This document shows positions 51,337 through 61,520 of a stretch of 64,000 nt of DNA, piece after piece. Within the stretch, counting starts at the first letter, position 1; every line of letters begins with the position of its first letter. Source of the DNA: a bacterium (GTDB lineage: Bacteria > UBA8248); assembly GCA_965261085.1 (NCBI GenBank), contig OZ253442.1, positions 3,424,001 through 3,488,000 on the forward strand, given 5' to 3'. Below the pieces are notes generated by a model. It saw only the letters and a list, made by a program, of their open reading frames with translations. It was not told the origin of the DNA and did no database searches. A program made the position numbers and the translations under genes.

Positions 51337-54300
51337 TTAGATGCCCATCTCTCCTTTCTGTGGAGAATGCACATCTACTTCCTCTCTAGTCAACCACTTA
51401 CCCGTCCATATACGCCACCAAAAACGTCCGATATCGTTTCCGATTAAAGAAATTACCGGAACCAGAACAAGGGTTATCACCGTAGCGAAAAGTAGTCCAA
51501 AACATAAACTAATCGCCATGGGGATTAAAAATTGCGCCTGAAAGCTTTTTTCGAATAGCATCGGCCCCAATCCCGCAGCTGTTGTTAATGTGGTCAGAAT
51601 AATCGCTCGCCATCTGGCAACACCAGCCAGGTGAAGCGCATCTTCAATCGGCATCCCGTCTTTGATACTTCGGTTTGCAAAATCCAAAAGCACCAAAGAG
51701 TCATTCACCACCACTCCGGAAAGCGCCAAGATACCCATCATACTCAATATGGAGATGTCGAATCCCATTACGATATGACCCCAAATAGCGCCTACTATCC
51801 CAAACGGAATGGCGCTCATGACGATGAAGGGCTGGAAATAGCTCCTGAATAATGTGGCTAAAATCGTAAAAATGACGGCTATCGCAACTGCAAAAGCGCG
51901 GAACAGGCTGGCAAATGATTCTCTTGTCTCTTTTGCCTGGCCTTCGAACCTAAATCCTATCCCCTTATACCGGTTGAAGAGTTTTGGGAAGAAGTTGTTT
52001 CTCAGATCATTGAGAACCTCAGTGGGATTGGCGCGTTCCGAGTCAATATCGGCCGTCACATTGACAACTCTTCTTCTGGCCGAGCGTTTGATCTCATCAA
52101 GGCCTTGAATCATTTTTACTTCCGCCACTTCATAGAAAGGTATTTCCGCCCCTGAAGATGTTCTGACCCTCATATTCTTAACATCTTCGAGAGAACGTCT
52201 TTCCTCTGGCGGATAACGCAGTTTCACCTTCACATCCTCCCGTCCACGCTGCAGGCGCAGGACTTGTAAACCGAAAAAGCTTGCGCGCAATTGACGCGCC
52301 AAGTCATCCAAGCTCACTCCCAGCACTCTGGCATGTGACTTTAGGGAAGTCTGAAACTCAAACTTTCCGGGACTGAAATCATCCTGAATTTCGTATAGGC
52401 CGGGATATTTTCTCAACTCCCGCTTGAACTCCTGAGCTACTCTTTTCAAAGTATCGATATCATCACCATAGAACTGCACATCGATAGGCTTTCCACCGGG
52501 CGGACGAGCACCCCCGGCGCCAAAAGTAAGGCTTATCACATCAGCAATTTCTCCTGTCTTCTCGCGCCAGCGGTTGGTGATTTCCTCCGCGCTGAGCCCC
52601 CTGGCTTCTGAGGGCAGCAACTCGACGATCAACTGCGCCATATGGCTTCCCCCCGCGACACGTCCACGACTTTGGCCTTGTTCGACTTGCTCACCCAGCA
52701 TGGTAAATACATGTTTGACGATTGGCTCTCCCGTTTTCGAGCGAAAATCCTTATCAAGAGCCTTGGCCGCCTGTTCGATCCTTCTTGTTGCGAGTCGTGT
52801 TTGCTGAATCGGAGTTCCCTGCGGAAACAGAAGCCTGGCTTCCACCCAATCGGAATCGAATTTTGGAAAAAACAAAAATCTCACATGCCCGCCCACCGCC
52901 AAGCCCACCGTCACCATAAAAACTACCAGAGCCAGGGCAATGACCAGATACCTGGCGCTGAGACAAAATCTCAGAATCGGCGCATAAAATCGGTGAATCA
53001 GCCAGTTCACGGCCCCTTCGATGGGATTTCTTATGCGCGATGAGAATCCGCCCCTCCTCGGTGGCCGCACCCAATGTCCCAAGTGGGCCGGCAAGATGAA
53101 TAAGGACTCGATGAGAGAAGCGAGTAATGCGGCGATGATGGCCGCCGGGAGCACCGCCATGAACTTCCCGACAGTTCCTTCCATCATCAACAAAGGTATG
53201 AAAGCCACTATAGATGTCACGACAGTGGCAATAACAGGCAGGACTACTTCATAACAGCCATCAATCGCGGCCTGAACGCGGTTTTTCCCTCTTTCCATAT
53301 GAGAATAAATATTTTCAGCCACTACAATGGCGTCGTCCACCAAGATTCCCAAAACCATGATAAAGGCGAACATTGTCAGCATGTTGAGCGTACCACCGGA
53401 GAAACTCAAGAAACCTAGCGACGCCAACAGAGAAATAGGAATCCCCATCGCTACCCAAAAAGAAAGGCGAATGTTCAAAAATAGCCATAGTGAGATGAAA
53501 ACCAACAGGAGACCGACCCGCCCGTTTCTTAAAAGAAGATCCAGCCGATCTTGTATCAGGCGCGAGGTATCCGCCCAGTCGACCAAATCCAATCCTTCCG
53601 GCAATTCCCGGCGTTTTTTCTTTACATATCCAGCTACTGCTTTTGAAATCGATAGCGCATCTTCTTTCTCTGTCCGGTAGACTGTGATGAGGGCAGCCGG
53701 TTTCCCATCGAATCGACCCGTTGTGTCGCTGTCCTCAAAGGCATCGACTACACGAGCGATATCACCGAGTCTCAAAATGGTGCCGTCTTTTTGAGTGAGT
53801 ATTTCAAGCCGTTCGAACTCGAGACCCGTATAACGCTTTCCCAATGTTCTGATTCTGATTCTTCGCTCCGCAGAACGGATATCCCCACCTGAAAGTTCCA
53901 GCACATTTTTGCGAATGATATTCGCGAGCCGCTCAAACGTGAGGCCATGGCGACGAAGCGTCTCCTCAGACACTTCGATTGAAATTTCCCAATCCCTCAA
54001 CCCGCTCAGAACCACCTTGGAAATATTGGGCATTTCCAGCAAGTCATCCTTGATCTCCGTGGCTTTGCGTTTGAGAATTTCATCTGAAACGTTTCCGAAC
54101 AATGAGATATGAACAACCTGATTCGTCCGCTTCATATCCGTAACGATGGGTCTTTCTATGTCCTCAGGCAATGTGTTGATACGGTCGATCTCGCTTCTGA
54201 TATCTTCCATCAACTCCCGGGAGTCTTTTATCCAAGAATGCAACTCCACCATGACATCGCAACGACCCTCATAGGCGGTCGAATTAATCTTTTTTACTCC

Positions 54301-54528
54301 CTCCACAGCCGTAAGGCCCTCTTCGATCTTGATGCAAATGCCCTCTTCCACCTCTTCAGGACTTGCGCCCTCCCACGCCACGTTGACGCTAACTCGATCG
54401 AGAACAAATTGAGGGATCAACTCGCTACGAATCTGAAAAACAGCGACAACACCGATGATCAGCATTATCGCCATCAAAAGGTTGGCGAAAACAGTATGAC
54501 GTGCAGACCAATCCAGAATTTGCTTCAT
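51337..54528 (-). CDS. RND efflux transporter permease (AcrB/AcrD/AcrF family)
   Basis: GILVDDAIVVAENI, GVVVNDSLVL, RWRAIILTTLTT, 1063 aa. Confidence 0.95.
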   Translation of the reverse strand: MKQILDWSARHTVFANLLMAIMLIIGVVAVFQIRSELIPQFVLDRVSVNVAWEGASPEEVEEGICIKIEEGLTAVEGVKKINSTAYEGRCDVMVELHSWIKDSRELMEDIRSEIDRINTLPEDIERPIVTDMKRTNQVVHISLFGNVSDEILKRKATEIKDDLLEMPNISKVVLSGLRDWEISIEVSEETLRRHGLTFERLANIIRKNVLELSGGDIRSAERRIRIRTLGKRYTGLEFERLEILTQKDGTILRLGDIARVVDAFEDSDTTGRFDGKPAALITVYRTEKEDALSISKAVAGYVKKKRRELPEGLDLVDWADTSRLIQDRLDLLLRNGRVGLLLVFISLWLFLNIRLSFWVAMGIPISLLASLGFLSFSGGTLNMLTMFAFIMVLGILVDDAIVVAENIYSHMERGKNRVQAAIDGCYEVVLPVIATVVTSIVAFIPLLMMEGTVGKFMAVLPAAIIAALLASLIESLFILPAHLGHWVRPPRRGGFSSRIRNPIEGAVNWLIHRFYAPILRFCLSARYLVIALALVVFMVTVGLAVGGHVRFLFFPKFDSDWVEARLLFPQGTPIQQTRLATRRIEQAAKALDKDFRSKTGEPIVKHVFTMLGEQVEQGQSRGRVAGGSHMAQLIVELLPSEARGLSAEEITNRWREKTGEIADVISLTFGAGGARPPGGKPIDVQFYGDDIDTLKRVAQEFKRELRKYPGLYEIQDDFSPGKFEFQTSLKSHARVLGVSLDDLARQLRASFFGLQVLRLQRGREDVKVKLRYPPEERRSLEDVKNMRVRTSSGAEIPFYEVAEVKMIQGLDEIKRSARRRVVNVTADIDSERANPTEVLNDLRNNFFPKLFNRYKGIGFRFEGQAKETRESFASLFRAFAVAIAVIFTILATLFRSYFQPFIVMSAIPFGIVGAIWGHIVMGFDISILSMMGILALSGVVVNDSLVLLDFANRSIKDGMPIEDALHLAGVARWRAIILTTLTTAAGLGPMLFEKSFQAQFLIPMAISLCFGLLFATVITLVLVPVISLIGNDIGRFWWRIWTGKWLTREEVDVHSPQKGEMGI

Positions 54529-55850
54529 TGCGTGGAAGCCCCGGGAGTAATCCCGTTCTGCTCACTGAGTTTCATGCCGGATACAGGGGCGGGGATTGGG
54601 GAAAGGATGATACGAGAGCTTTCGTTCACTCCATTTTTGATGACGACGCCATCCTGATCTTTCCTGATGACCTGCACCTTCTGAATTCGCAGTCTCCCAT
54701 CATCCAACAAATAAACATGATCCCGCTCGCGTAATGCAGCACGCGGAATGACGTACACATCAGGCATAGTGACGCCTTCGATTTCCACCTCAACGAACAT
54801 TCCCACAAATAGGGGAGGGTGTTCACCGGGCATCCAATTCTTCATGGGTTCAGGAATTTCCACTATGAGCGTGAGCGTGCGCGTGGACTCATCCAACCCG
54901 GCATCTACAAGGGACACCCGCCCTTTCCATTCAAACTTTTTCCCGAACTGACTCCAGGATACTATGGCAGCGGGGAAAAAAGGCTTTACCTCTTCTTGAC
55001 TACGGGGGAAGGAAACTTCCCGAATACGGCGAAACGTCCACCGCACATCTTCAACCGGCAATGAAACCGGAACTTCCAACACGGAAACATCATAAATCCT
55101 ACCCACGGACTTACCGGCACTGGCGAAATCCCCGACGTCCAAACTCGTCTCTCGCACCCGCGCATCAAAAGGAGCCACGATTTTAGTACGAGACAATTGC
55201 AAAATCGCCCTTTTGAGTTCTGAGCGGTTCGCTTCCAAGGCCGCGCGTTTCTGCCTTAATTGAACGGGCAGTAGCGCCAAAACGTTTTTAATGGACTGAA
55301 CCGTCCTTTCTTGTCTCAGAAAATTTTGTTGAGACTGATCATATTGACCAGAGGAGATCACGCCTTGTGTTCTCAACTTTCTATTGCGTTTTATCTCCTG
55401 AGTAACCAATTCCATATGGCGCTCGGCGATATTCAGATCGGCCTGATGGTTCTTCTCCTCCTGTCTCAATCGAGCCATATCTGCTCTGAGTTGTGCGATT
55501 TCTGCTTCACGCCGCTCAATGGCGAGTTTGTAGTCCGCAGAGTCAATCTGAAACAACAACCCCCCTTTTCGGATAAAACCACCCGTCCTGAAGCCAGGCG
55601 AGCGCTCAACCACTTTCCCTGACACTTCGGGCACGACAGAAAGTTCCGTCTTTGGCCGCACGGTTCCGAACCCTTTGACCCAGAACGTTTTGTCTTGTTT
55701 TCTCAATAGTATCGTTCTGACGAATCTGCGTGGTGCGGGGGGAGTCACAGTCTCGAGTTCCGGTCGATTGTCAATCAGCCACTTAGTGACTCCTCCGCCA
55801 ATGGCTAGGACCAGGACGGCCAGAATGATGAAGATTTTTTGACGAGACAT
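54525..55850 (-). CDS. RND periplasmic adaptor (membrane fusion protein)
   Basis: N-terminal TM, PEVSGKV, coiled coil, IVAPFDA, GMFVEVEI; overlaps the permease start. Confidence 0.92.
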   Translation of the reverse strand: MSRQKIFIILAVLVLAIGGGVTKWLIDNRPELETVTPPAPRRFVRTILLRKQDKTFWVKGFGTVRPKTELSVVPEVSGKVVERSPGFRTGGFIRKGGLLFQIDSADYKLAIERREAEIAQLRADMARLRQEEKNHQADLNIAERHMELVTQEIKRNRKLRTQGVISSGQYDQSQQNFLRQERTVQSIKNVLALLPVQLRQKRAALEANRSELKRAILQLSRTKIVAPFDARVRETSLDVGDFASAGKSVGRIYDVSVLEVPVSLPVEDVRWTFRRIREVSFPRSQEEVKPFFPAAIVSWSQFGKKFEWKGRVSLVDAGLDESTRTLTLIVEIPEPMKNWMPGEHPPLFVGMFVEVEIEGVTMPDVYVIPRAALRERDHVYLLDDGRLRIQKVQVIRKDQDGVVIKNGVNESSRIILSPIPAPVSGMKLSEQNGITPGASTQ

Positions 55851-56060
55851 GATATTGTCAGCATCTCCTCTCCAAGCGGCGGTACCAAGATTTCCGTGAC
55901 AAGCCCGTAGGCGGCCCTTTTAAGACTCCCCGTTTATCGGAAATTTCGGGAAAGACCGTGTATTGTATGCCTTCTTATTCCTATCAGCAGTAGCCCTGTG
56001 TGTCAAAAACCCGGTATTCTCTAATCAACTGTAATTTAATACATTAAAAAGGAAACAAAA

Positions 56061-56951
56061 ATGCACGAAGACATCGCCTATTTCAGTGATGGCCTCAAAA
56101 TCGCCGCGCATTTGTACCGCCCAGACGACTGGCAGCCCGGCGATCCGCCCCGACCGGGAATCGTCTGCGTGACAGGTTACAGCGGACGAAAAAACCTGGC
56201 CACGATCGATATGCCCATCCATTTGAGCAAGGCGGGGTTTTTTGCCCTGGCGCCCGACTACCGAGGCTACGGCGTCAGCGAGGGCGCTCGTGGACGCCAC
56301 CGTCCGCTGGAGCAGGCGCAAGATACCTACGATGGAATCACCTACCTCCAAACCGTTGAAGGCGTAGACCCTGGCCGAATTGGTCTGTATGGCACCAGTT
56401 TTGGCGGCGCGCACGCCATTTGGGTGGCGGCGTTCGACGAGCGGGTGAAGGCGACCGTCTCCGCAGTGGGGGTGCACGACGGCGAACGCTGGCTGAAAAC
56501 ATTGAGAAGGCCTTACGAGTGGCTCGCCTTCAAGTCCCGAATCCAGGAAGCCGCCCGCAAGCGCGTCGCCACCAATGAGCGGGAAACGATTATCCGGCAC
56601 GATATCTATAGCGACGACCCGGACAACCCCAAACCCCCGATGACGCTTGAGGAACACGGCTCCGAAGAAGTGCTCGAACTCGACCTCGAAAGCGTGGAGG
56701 CGTGTTTTCGCTATCGACCCGAATGGGTGGTCGGGAAAATCTCGCCCCGACCCGTTTTGTTCATTTACGGCGAAGAGGACGTCATGGTTCCTCCCTCCGA
56801 GGCGCACGCCTGCTACGCGGCCTGTGGAGAGCCCAAGAATATCGTCATGCTTCCCAAGGGACGCCATAACGACGTCTACCAGGTGAACAACAAGGCCCTC
56901 TTCGATATGGCCTTAAAGGAAACGACGACCTGGTTTGGCGAGCATTTATAG
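56061..56951 (+). CDS. Alpha/beta hydrolase
   Basis: DYRGYGVSEG, GTSFGG nucleophile elbow, GEEDVMVP, H near the C-terminus. Confidence 0.9.
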   Translation: MHEDIAYFSDGLKIAAHLYRPDDWQPGDPPRPGIVCVTGYSGRKNLATIDMPIHLSKAGFFALAPDYRGYGVSEGARGRHRPLEQAQDTYDGITYLQTVEGVDPGRIGLYGTSFGGAHAIWVAAFDERVKATVSAVGVHDGERWLKTLRRPYEWLAFKSRIQEAARKRVATNERETIIRHDIYSDDPDNPKPPMTLEEHGSEEVLELDLESVEACFRYRPEWVVGKISPRPVLFIYGEEDVMVPPSEAHACYAACGEPKNIVMLPKGRHNDVYQVNNKALFDMALKETTTWFGEHL

Positions 56952-57000
56952 TTATCGTCCTGAAGCCGGGGGAAAGCGTAACCGTTTGATTTGTATCTGA

Positions 57001-57444
57001 TTACCCGCCCGGCCTCTCGATGAGTTCCAGCGTGTTGCCGTCCGGATCCTCGATATACACGACGAACCCCCCCGTGTTGGGGCCTTGCGTGACGGGCACG
57101 GGCTCGGAGACGAACCTCACCCCCCTGGGCGCCAGGGCCTCGTACATCCCTTTGAGATCATTGACGTTATAGGCGATGTGCGCGCTGCCCACGTTGTTCG
57201 TGGCCGTGTCTATCCTGACGCCGGGCGCGCCCACGTATTCGACCAGCTCGATGTGGTAGCCACCGCCTTTGATGTAGACGATGCGAAGGTCGGCTCCGGG
57301 GATGCCCGTCACCTTCTCGCTGTAGTCCTGGGGCCGGGTATCGACCGAAACGATAGTAAAATCAAGCATTTCGCAGTACCACTCAGCAATCGCCGCAGTA
57401 TCGGACACCGTGAAACTCGTATGGTTGATGCTCACAAGACCCAT
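57001..57444 (-). CDS. VOC/glyoxalase family protein
   Basis: NHTSFTVSD, IELVEY, HIAYNV, DPDGNTLELIE. Confidence 0.9.
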   Translation of the reverse strand: MGLVSINHTSFTVSDTAAIAEWYCEMLDFTIVSVDTRPQDYSEKVTGIPGADLRIVYIKGGGYHIELVEYVGAPGVRIDTATNNVGSAHIAYNVNDLKGMYEALAPRGVRFVSEPVPVTQGPNTGGFVVYIEDPDGNTLELIERPGG

Positions 57445-57544
57445 CTTGCGCCTCCTCGAAACTTGGAATCGGGGGGCGTACTCCCCCTCTTTTCCGCCGT
57501 TTTTTTCAGGCGCAATTATGGCATATCGACGTTTTTTGTTGTCA

Positions 57545-57598
57545 GAAATTTATCGAAAAACCCCGTGAATTTATCTAATTTTATCGAATTGTTTCAGG
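57545..57598 (-). repeat. Inverted copy of the 40681-40744 AT-rich motif
   Basis: Reverse complement reads cctgaaacaatt...gataaattcacggggtttttcgataaatt. Confidence 0.75.
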
Positions 57599-57851
57599 CT
57601 TTTTCGCTTATTCCTTCTCGTCGATTCCGGCGTAACGGGCGGGTCGATTCCGACCGGATGGAAGGCCAATCCCGACTGATGCCGAATCGCCGATTCCATT
57701 TTCTCCCCTCCTCTAATCGCCGGGAATACTTATCTGCTCGCGCGGGTCAATCCCGCCCGATTCAAGGGGTACTTCACCAAGCCGCCATGCATTACTCCGC
57801 ATTCGCCGTGGTGGGGTTTTCGTCGGGATGGGGCACAATCCCTTCCTCATC

Positions 57852-59373
57852 GGGGTTGTTGAAAAACCCCTGACTCTATGCTTGGATGTATGGATATTAC
57901 GCGCCCGAGAAGGGAATATCCGCGATGTTGGGACGCAAGAACCGCGCCCAGATGGATTTGTTCATCACCGGTTCGCTGGAGAGGTTGATTCCCGAGGATC
58001 ACATATTGGCCCGCGTGAACCGCGTTCTGGACCTGAGTTGGCTGCGCGAGGAAGTGGCGGATTGTTATTGCGCGGACAACGGCCGTCCTGGGATCGACCC
58101 CGAAGTGGCGGTTCGGTTGATGTTGGCGGGCCTTCTGCTGGGGTTCGTGCACGACCGTCGGTTGATGCGCGAGGCGCAGGTGAACATCGCGATCCGGTGG
58201 TTCATCGGTTACGGGCTGGAGGATCGGCTGCCGGATCATTCGAGCCTGACGCGGATACGGCAGCGCTGGGGGGAGGCCCGGTTCCGGGAGATATTCCGCC
58301 GCACGGTCCGTGCGTGCCTGGATGCGAAGGTGGCCAAGGCCGAAGTCGTGCACGTGGACGCCTCATTGATCCGCGCGGACGTGAGTTGGGAGAGTCTGGT
58401 GGAGCGTCACGTGGACGAGGTGATAGCGGAGAACCCCGTCGAGGAGGAGGCCGGGAAGAAGGGTGGAGGAGGCCGCCGTGGCGGGGGTTCCGGGAAGGTG
58501 AGCCGGACGGACCCGGACGCGCGGCTGGCGAGAACGGGCGGGGGATTCGAGCCGAGCTACAAGCAGCACGCTGTGGTGGACGACACGCGCGGGGTGGTGC
58601 TCGACGTATCGGTGACGGAGGGTACGGTGAACGAGCGTGAGGTGCTCGAATCGCAGGTGGAAGCGGTATGCGAGGTATCGGGGCGCGCGCCCGCGATGGT
58701 GACGGCGGACTCTGGCTACGCCTACTCGAAGGTCTACGCGGCCCTGGAGCGCCGGGGTGTGGCCGCGCTCATTCCGGCGAAGAGGGAACCCTCGCAGAGC
58801 CGTGTTCCGTTGCGCCTGTTCCGCTACGACGCGCGGCACGACATCGTGAAGTGTCCGCGCGGCAAGATACTGAGCCCCCGTCGGCCCGCAAAGGGGGGGC
58901 GTTATTATCGTTCGAAGACCCGTGATTGCGCGGGCTGCGCGCTTCGCGAGGATTGCCTGCCGAAGGCGTGGTCGAGCAAGGTGGTGTTGGTTCCGCATGC
59001 GTATCCGGCGCTGTTGCGCGCGCGCCGGCGCCATGCGCGATGGAGGGAGGAGGAGCGGCGGATGTACCGGCGTCATATGTGGCGCTCGGAGGGCTACCAC
59101 GGCGAGGCGAAGACCTGGCACGGGCTTGCGCGCGCGGTGCGGCGCGGTCTTGAGAACATGAAGATACAGTCCTACCTGACGGCGGCGGCGATCAACCTCA
59201 AGCGGCTCTCCGCCGCACTTGCTGCAAGGTTATTCGCCCTCTGGAGGGCCTGGTCGGCCCGGGAAGAGCCTCTGTGCGTCCATCGCGGCCTCGCAAGCTG
59301 CGCGGGCTTCCTGTCCGCCGCCGCGTGACCCTCCATACCGCCCGCTCCCGAAACCGGGTTATTCAACAACCCC
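57852..59373 (+). mobile_element. IS1182-family insertion sequence
   Basis: Terminal inverted repeats ggggttgttgaaaaaccc (57852-) and gggttattcaacaacccc (-59373), 17/18 match; exact ends uncertain by a few bases. Confidence 0.9.
57925..59328 (+). CDS. IS1182-family DDE transposase
   Basis: LIPEDH, GRPGIDP, PDHSSL, VDAS, TDPDA, ADSGY, CPxG...CxxCxLRxxC, GLARA. Confidence 0.93.
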   Translation: MLGRKNRAQMDLFITGSLERLIPEDHILARVNRVLDLSWLREEVADCYCADNGRPGIDPEVAVRLMLAGLLLGFVHDRRLMREAQVNIAIRWFIGYGLEDRLPDHSSLTRIRQRWGEARFREIFRRTVRACLDAKVAKAEVVHVDASLIRADVSWESLVERHVDEVIAENPVEEEAGKKGGGGRRGGGSGKVSRTDPDARLARTGGGFEPSYKQHAVVDDTRGVVLDVSVTEGTVNEREVLESQVEAVCEVSGRAPAMVTADSGYAYSKVYAALERRGVAALIPAKREPSQSRVPLRLFRYDARHDIVKCPRGKILSPRRPAKGGRYYRSKTRDCAGCALREDCLPKAWSSKVVLVPHAYPALLRARRRHARWREEERRMYRRHMWRSEGYHGEAKTWHGLARAVRRGLENMKIQSYLTAAAINLKRLSAALAARLFALWRAWSAREEPLCVHRGLASCAGFLSAAA

Positions 59374-59596
59374 GAGGAGCGAGCGTTTGCCGACCGATGG
59401 AGGTCAATCGCGACTGATGAAGGAGCGATTGGCGCGACCGAGAAGGGGAAGACTGCACATTGCGCGTCTCAACACTCCCTCCCCCTTGATGCCCTTCAAG
59501 ATTACAAACCCTCCCTCCTCGGGAAGCCCGACGGCAAAACAAGGGAAGAAAACCACTCCTCCCTTGTGGGTCAATCCCGATTGATGAATGAGGGAC

Positions 59597-59771
59597 TGTC
59601 GGCAAGATGAGGGCGCAAGCCCGAAGTCGCGCCGGTGGGGGGAGATTTAGTTTGAGAGTTATTTATATCGCTCCTGATCAATCCTCCCTTATAAGCCGTG
59701 ATTGCCCCCCACCGCATCAGCCTTCACCCAAAGCGCTCGGCTTCCTCAACTCCCCCTCATGGGGGGAGTGA
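59597..59771 (+). repeat. Second, partly degraded copy of the REPIN-like element
   Basis: gtcggcaag, cgcgccggtg, ccccaccgcatcagccttc, gctcggcttcctc, actccccctcatggggggagtg match 29847-30008. Confidence 0.8.
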
Positions 59772-59896
59772 GAAGAACCTGTTTGATGACAAATTGAATC
59801 GAGGATTATTACGACCAAGGCTCCTGGAAATCCGAGCGGGATGATGGGGGACGATATAGGGGTGGTTTTTGATGCGAGGTGATTAAGGGGAGGTTA

Positions 59897-60613
59897 TCAT
59901 TGTCCTACTTGCCGTAACAGTTCCTTATTTTCTAAGCACCACTTGCGCCCTTTTGGGGTGAGATAACAGCCCTCATAGCCAAAACCAATCATCTGCTGTA
60001 TTTCCAACTGATTGAAAGCATCCGTAATATCCATGGAAGAAAACCCTAACCTCGTTAATATCCCGTCTATTGCTCCTTTCCCCTTCTCCCTTTCGGAACC
60101 GTAATAAAAAATTTTGAGGGTATGCAATTCCGCTGCTCCGAATTGAGCCTCAGCTTTGTTTCCATTTTCCACAACATCACTTTTTGCCTTTTTCGCGGGT
60201 GGATTCTGAATGGCGATTTCGAGTCTTCTCGTAATTCCTCTCTCCAAATTTTCCCAATCACCTCGTGAATCAGTCTTATAGAAATACACGTTTCTTTGAT
60301 TCACATCGAACGGCAGCTCGCCCCGCTTGCCATCTTCGCATATCAACACGACCGGAATCCTGCAGCCGTCTGCAAAACCGAACTCATACCAGACGTTCGG
60401 ATTGTTTTCTGTAATTTCCGCCAAGCAGACTTCGGAATTTTCTATTTCTTCCCGGATTTTTTGTATGATGAGTGTTTTGGCGTCGTAGTGTTCATCCACG
60501 CGATAAGGAAACAGGCCAGCCTTTTGTATAGCTTGTTTGTAAGTCTCTTCACACCGTCTTATATATTCATCATCAAGCGGCTGGATGATAAAGCATTTTC
60601 TTTTTCCCAACAT
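59897..60613 (-). CDS. Hypothetical protein: nucleoside 2-deoxyribosyltransferase/TIR-like N-terminal domain plus probable winged-helix C-terminus
   Basis: CFIIQP, YRVD, LAEITENNPNVWYEFGFA, LPFDV; C-terminal YLTPKG. Confidence 0.75.
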   Translation of the reverse strand: MLGKRKCFIIQPLDDEYIRRCEETYKQAIQKAGLFPYRVDEHYDAKTLIIQKIREEIENSEVCLAEITENNPNVWYEFGFADGCRIPVVLICEDGKRGELPFDVNQRNVYFYKTDSRGDWENLERGITRRLEIAIQNPPAKKAKSDVVENGNKAEAQFGAAELHTLKIFYYGSEREKGKGAIDGILTRLGFSSMDITDAFNQLEIQQMIGFGYEGCYLTPKGRKWCLENKELLRQVGQ

Positions 60614-60752
60614 TTTATGTGTTTATCCAATCAATGGCAGACTTGATTCTTCATGTGCTCAACACTCTTATCGACTGATTAAGAACCTGAGACCCAAACC
60701 GATCCGGCTGAAAACCTTGCGGGAATCCTCGAAGCCGCTCCGCTCCTTCGCC

Positions 60753-61520
60753 TTATGCCACGAGCCTTTCAATATCCGAGAGTGCTCTATCCTGAAAATC
60801 CCCTAGTGTCGGATATTGTGTATCCGCGTTTTTGGTGAGATACAGCCTTTCCCTTCTGCCCAGTTCCTCCATGTCTTCATGGACAATGAGGCTGATAAAC
60901 GGCAATTTCGCTTTTTGAAATTCCAGCAATGAAATAGCAACATTTTTCGCCTTGTCGTTGCTCCCTATACCAAAAAGATAAAGGCTGCGTTCTTTGTGCG
61001 TGAGAGACCAATCCACACTGATGATTTCGTAGTTCTGCAACGGGCACGCATCGGGCACTGGATTGAATCGCGCCAATTCCGTCGTGGTGTAGTCCCTCAA
61101 GTCGTCATAAAATGCGCTTCGGACGACCTCCCTGCTCCAATAACGCATGTTGCAAACCTTCTGAACACAGCCCGCAAATTGTAGTATGCTTTCGTAGAGC
61201 ATTTCTGGGGTCGTATCCAGATAAAGATTTCCCTCCTCACTTTGAATCCCGTTGTTGATTAGAATGCTGTCGAAAATCTTCTGTCGAGCCGGGCTGTTTA
61301 TTTCATAACTGTAGGAAAGACGCATGACCGCCATCCCGAAGTCACAGATGCGCACACGGTTCTCACCCAGGGGGCAGTCTTGCAGATAGACCTCCACCAT
61401 ATCGCCGTCCTCATGAAGTATGGGGAAGATAAGTTGATATTTGCCTTGCCTGCGTTGATATACACCAAAACCAGTTTGGGCATTATCATTGAGTTGGCTG
61501 ATTGCCTTATTGATGTCCAT
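60753..61520 (-). CDS. DUF1828-like domain protein
   Basis: FPILHEDGDMVEVYL...VRICDFG; 14-nt overlap with the upstream gene; AT-richer. Confidence 0.7.
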   Translation of the reverse strand: MDINKAISQLNDNAQTGFGVYQRRQGKYQLIFPILHEDGDMVEVYLQDCPLGENRVRICDFGMAVMRLSYSYEINSPARQKIFDSILINNGIQSEEGNLYLDTTPEMLYESILQFAGCVQKVCNMRYWSREVVRSAFYDDLRDYTTTELARFNPVPDACPLQNYEIISVDWSLTHKERSLYLFGIGSNDKAKNVAISLLEFQKAKLPFISLIVHEDMEELGRRERLYLTKNADTQYPTLGDFQDRALSDIERLVA

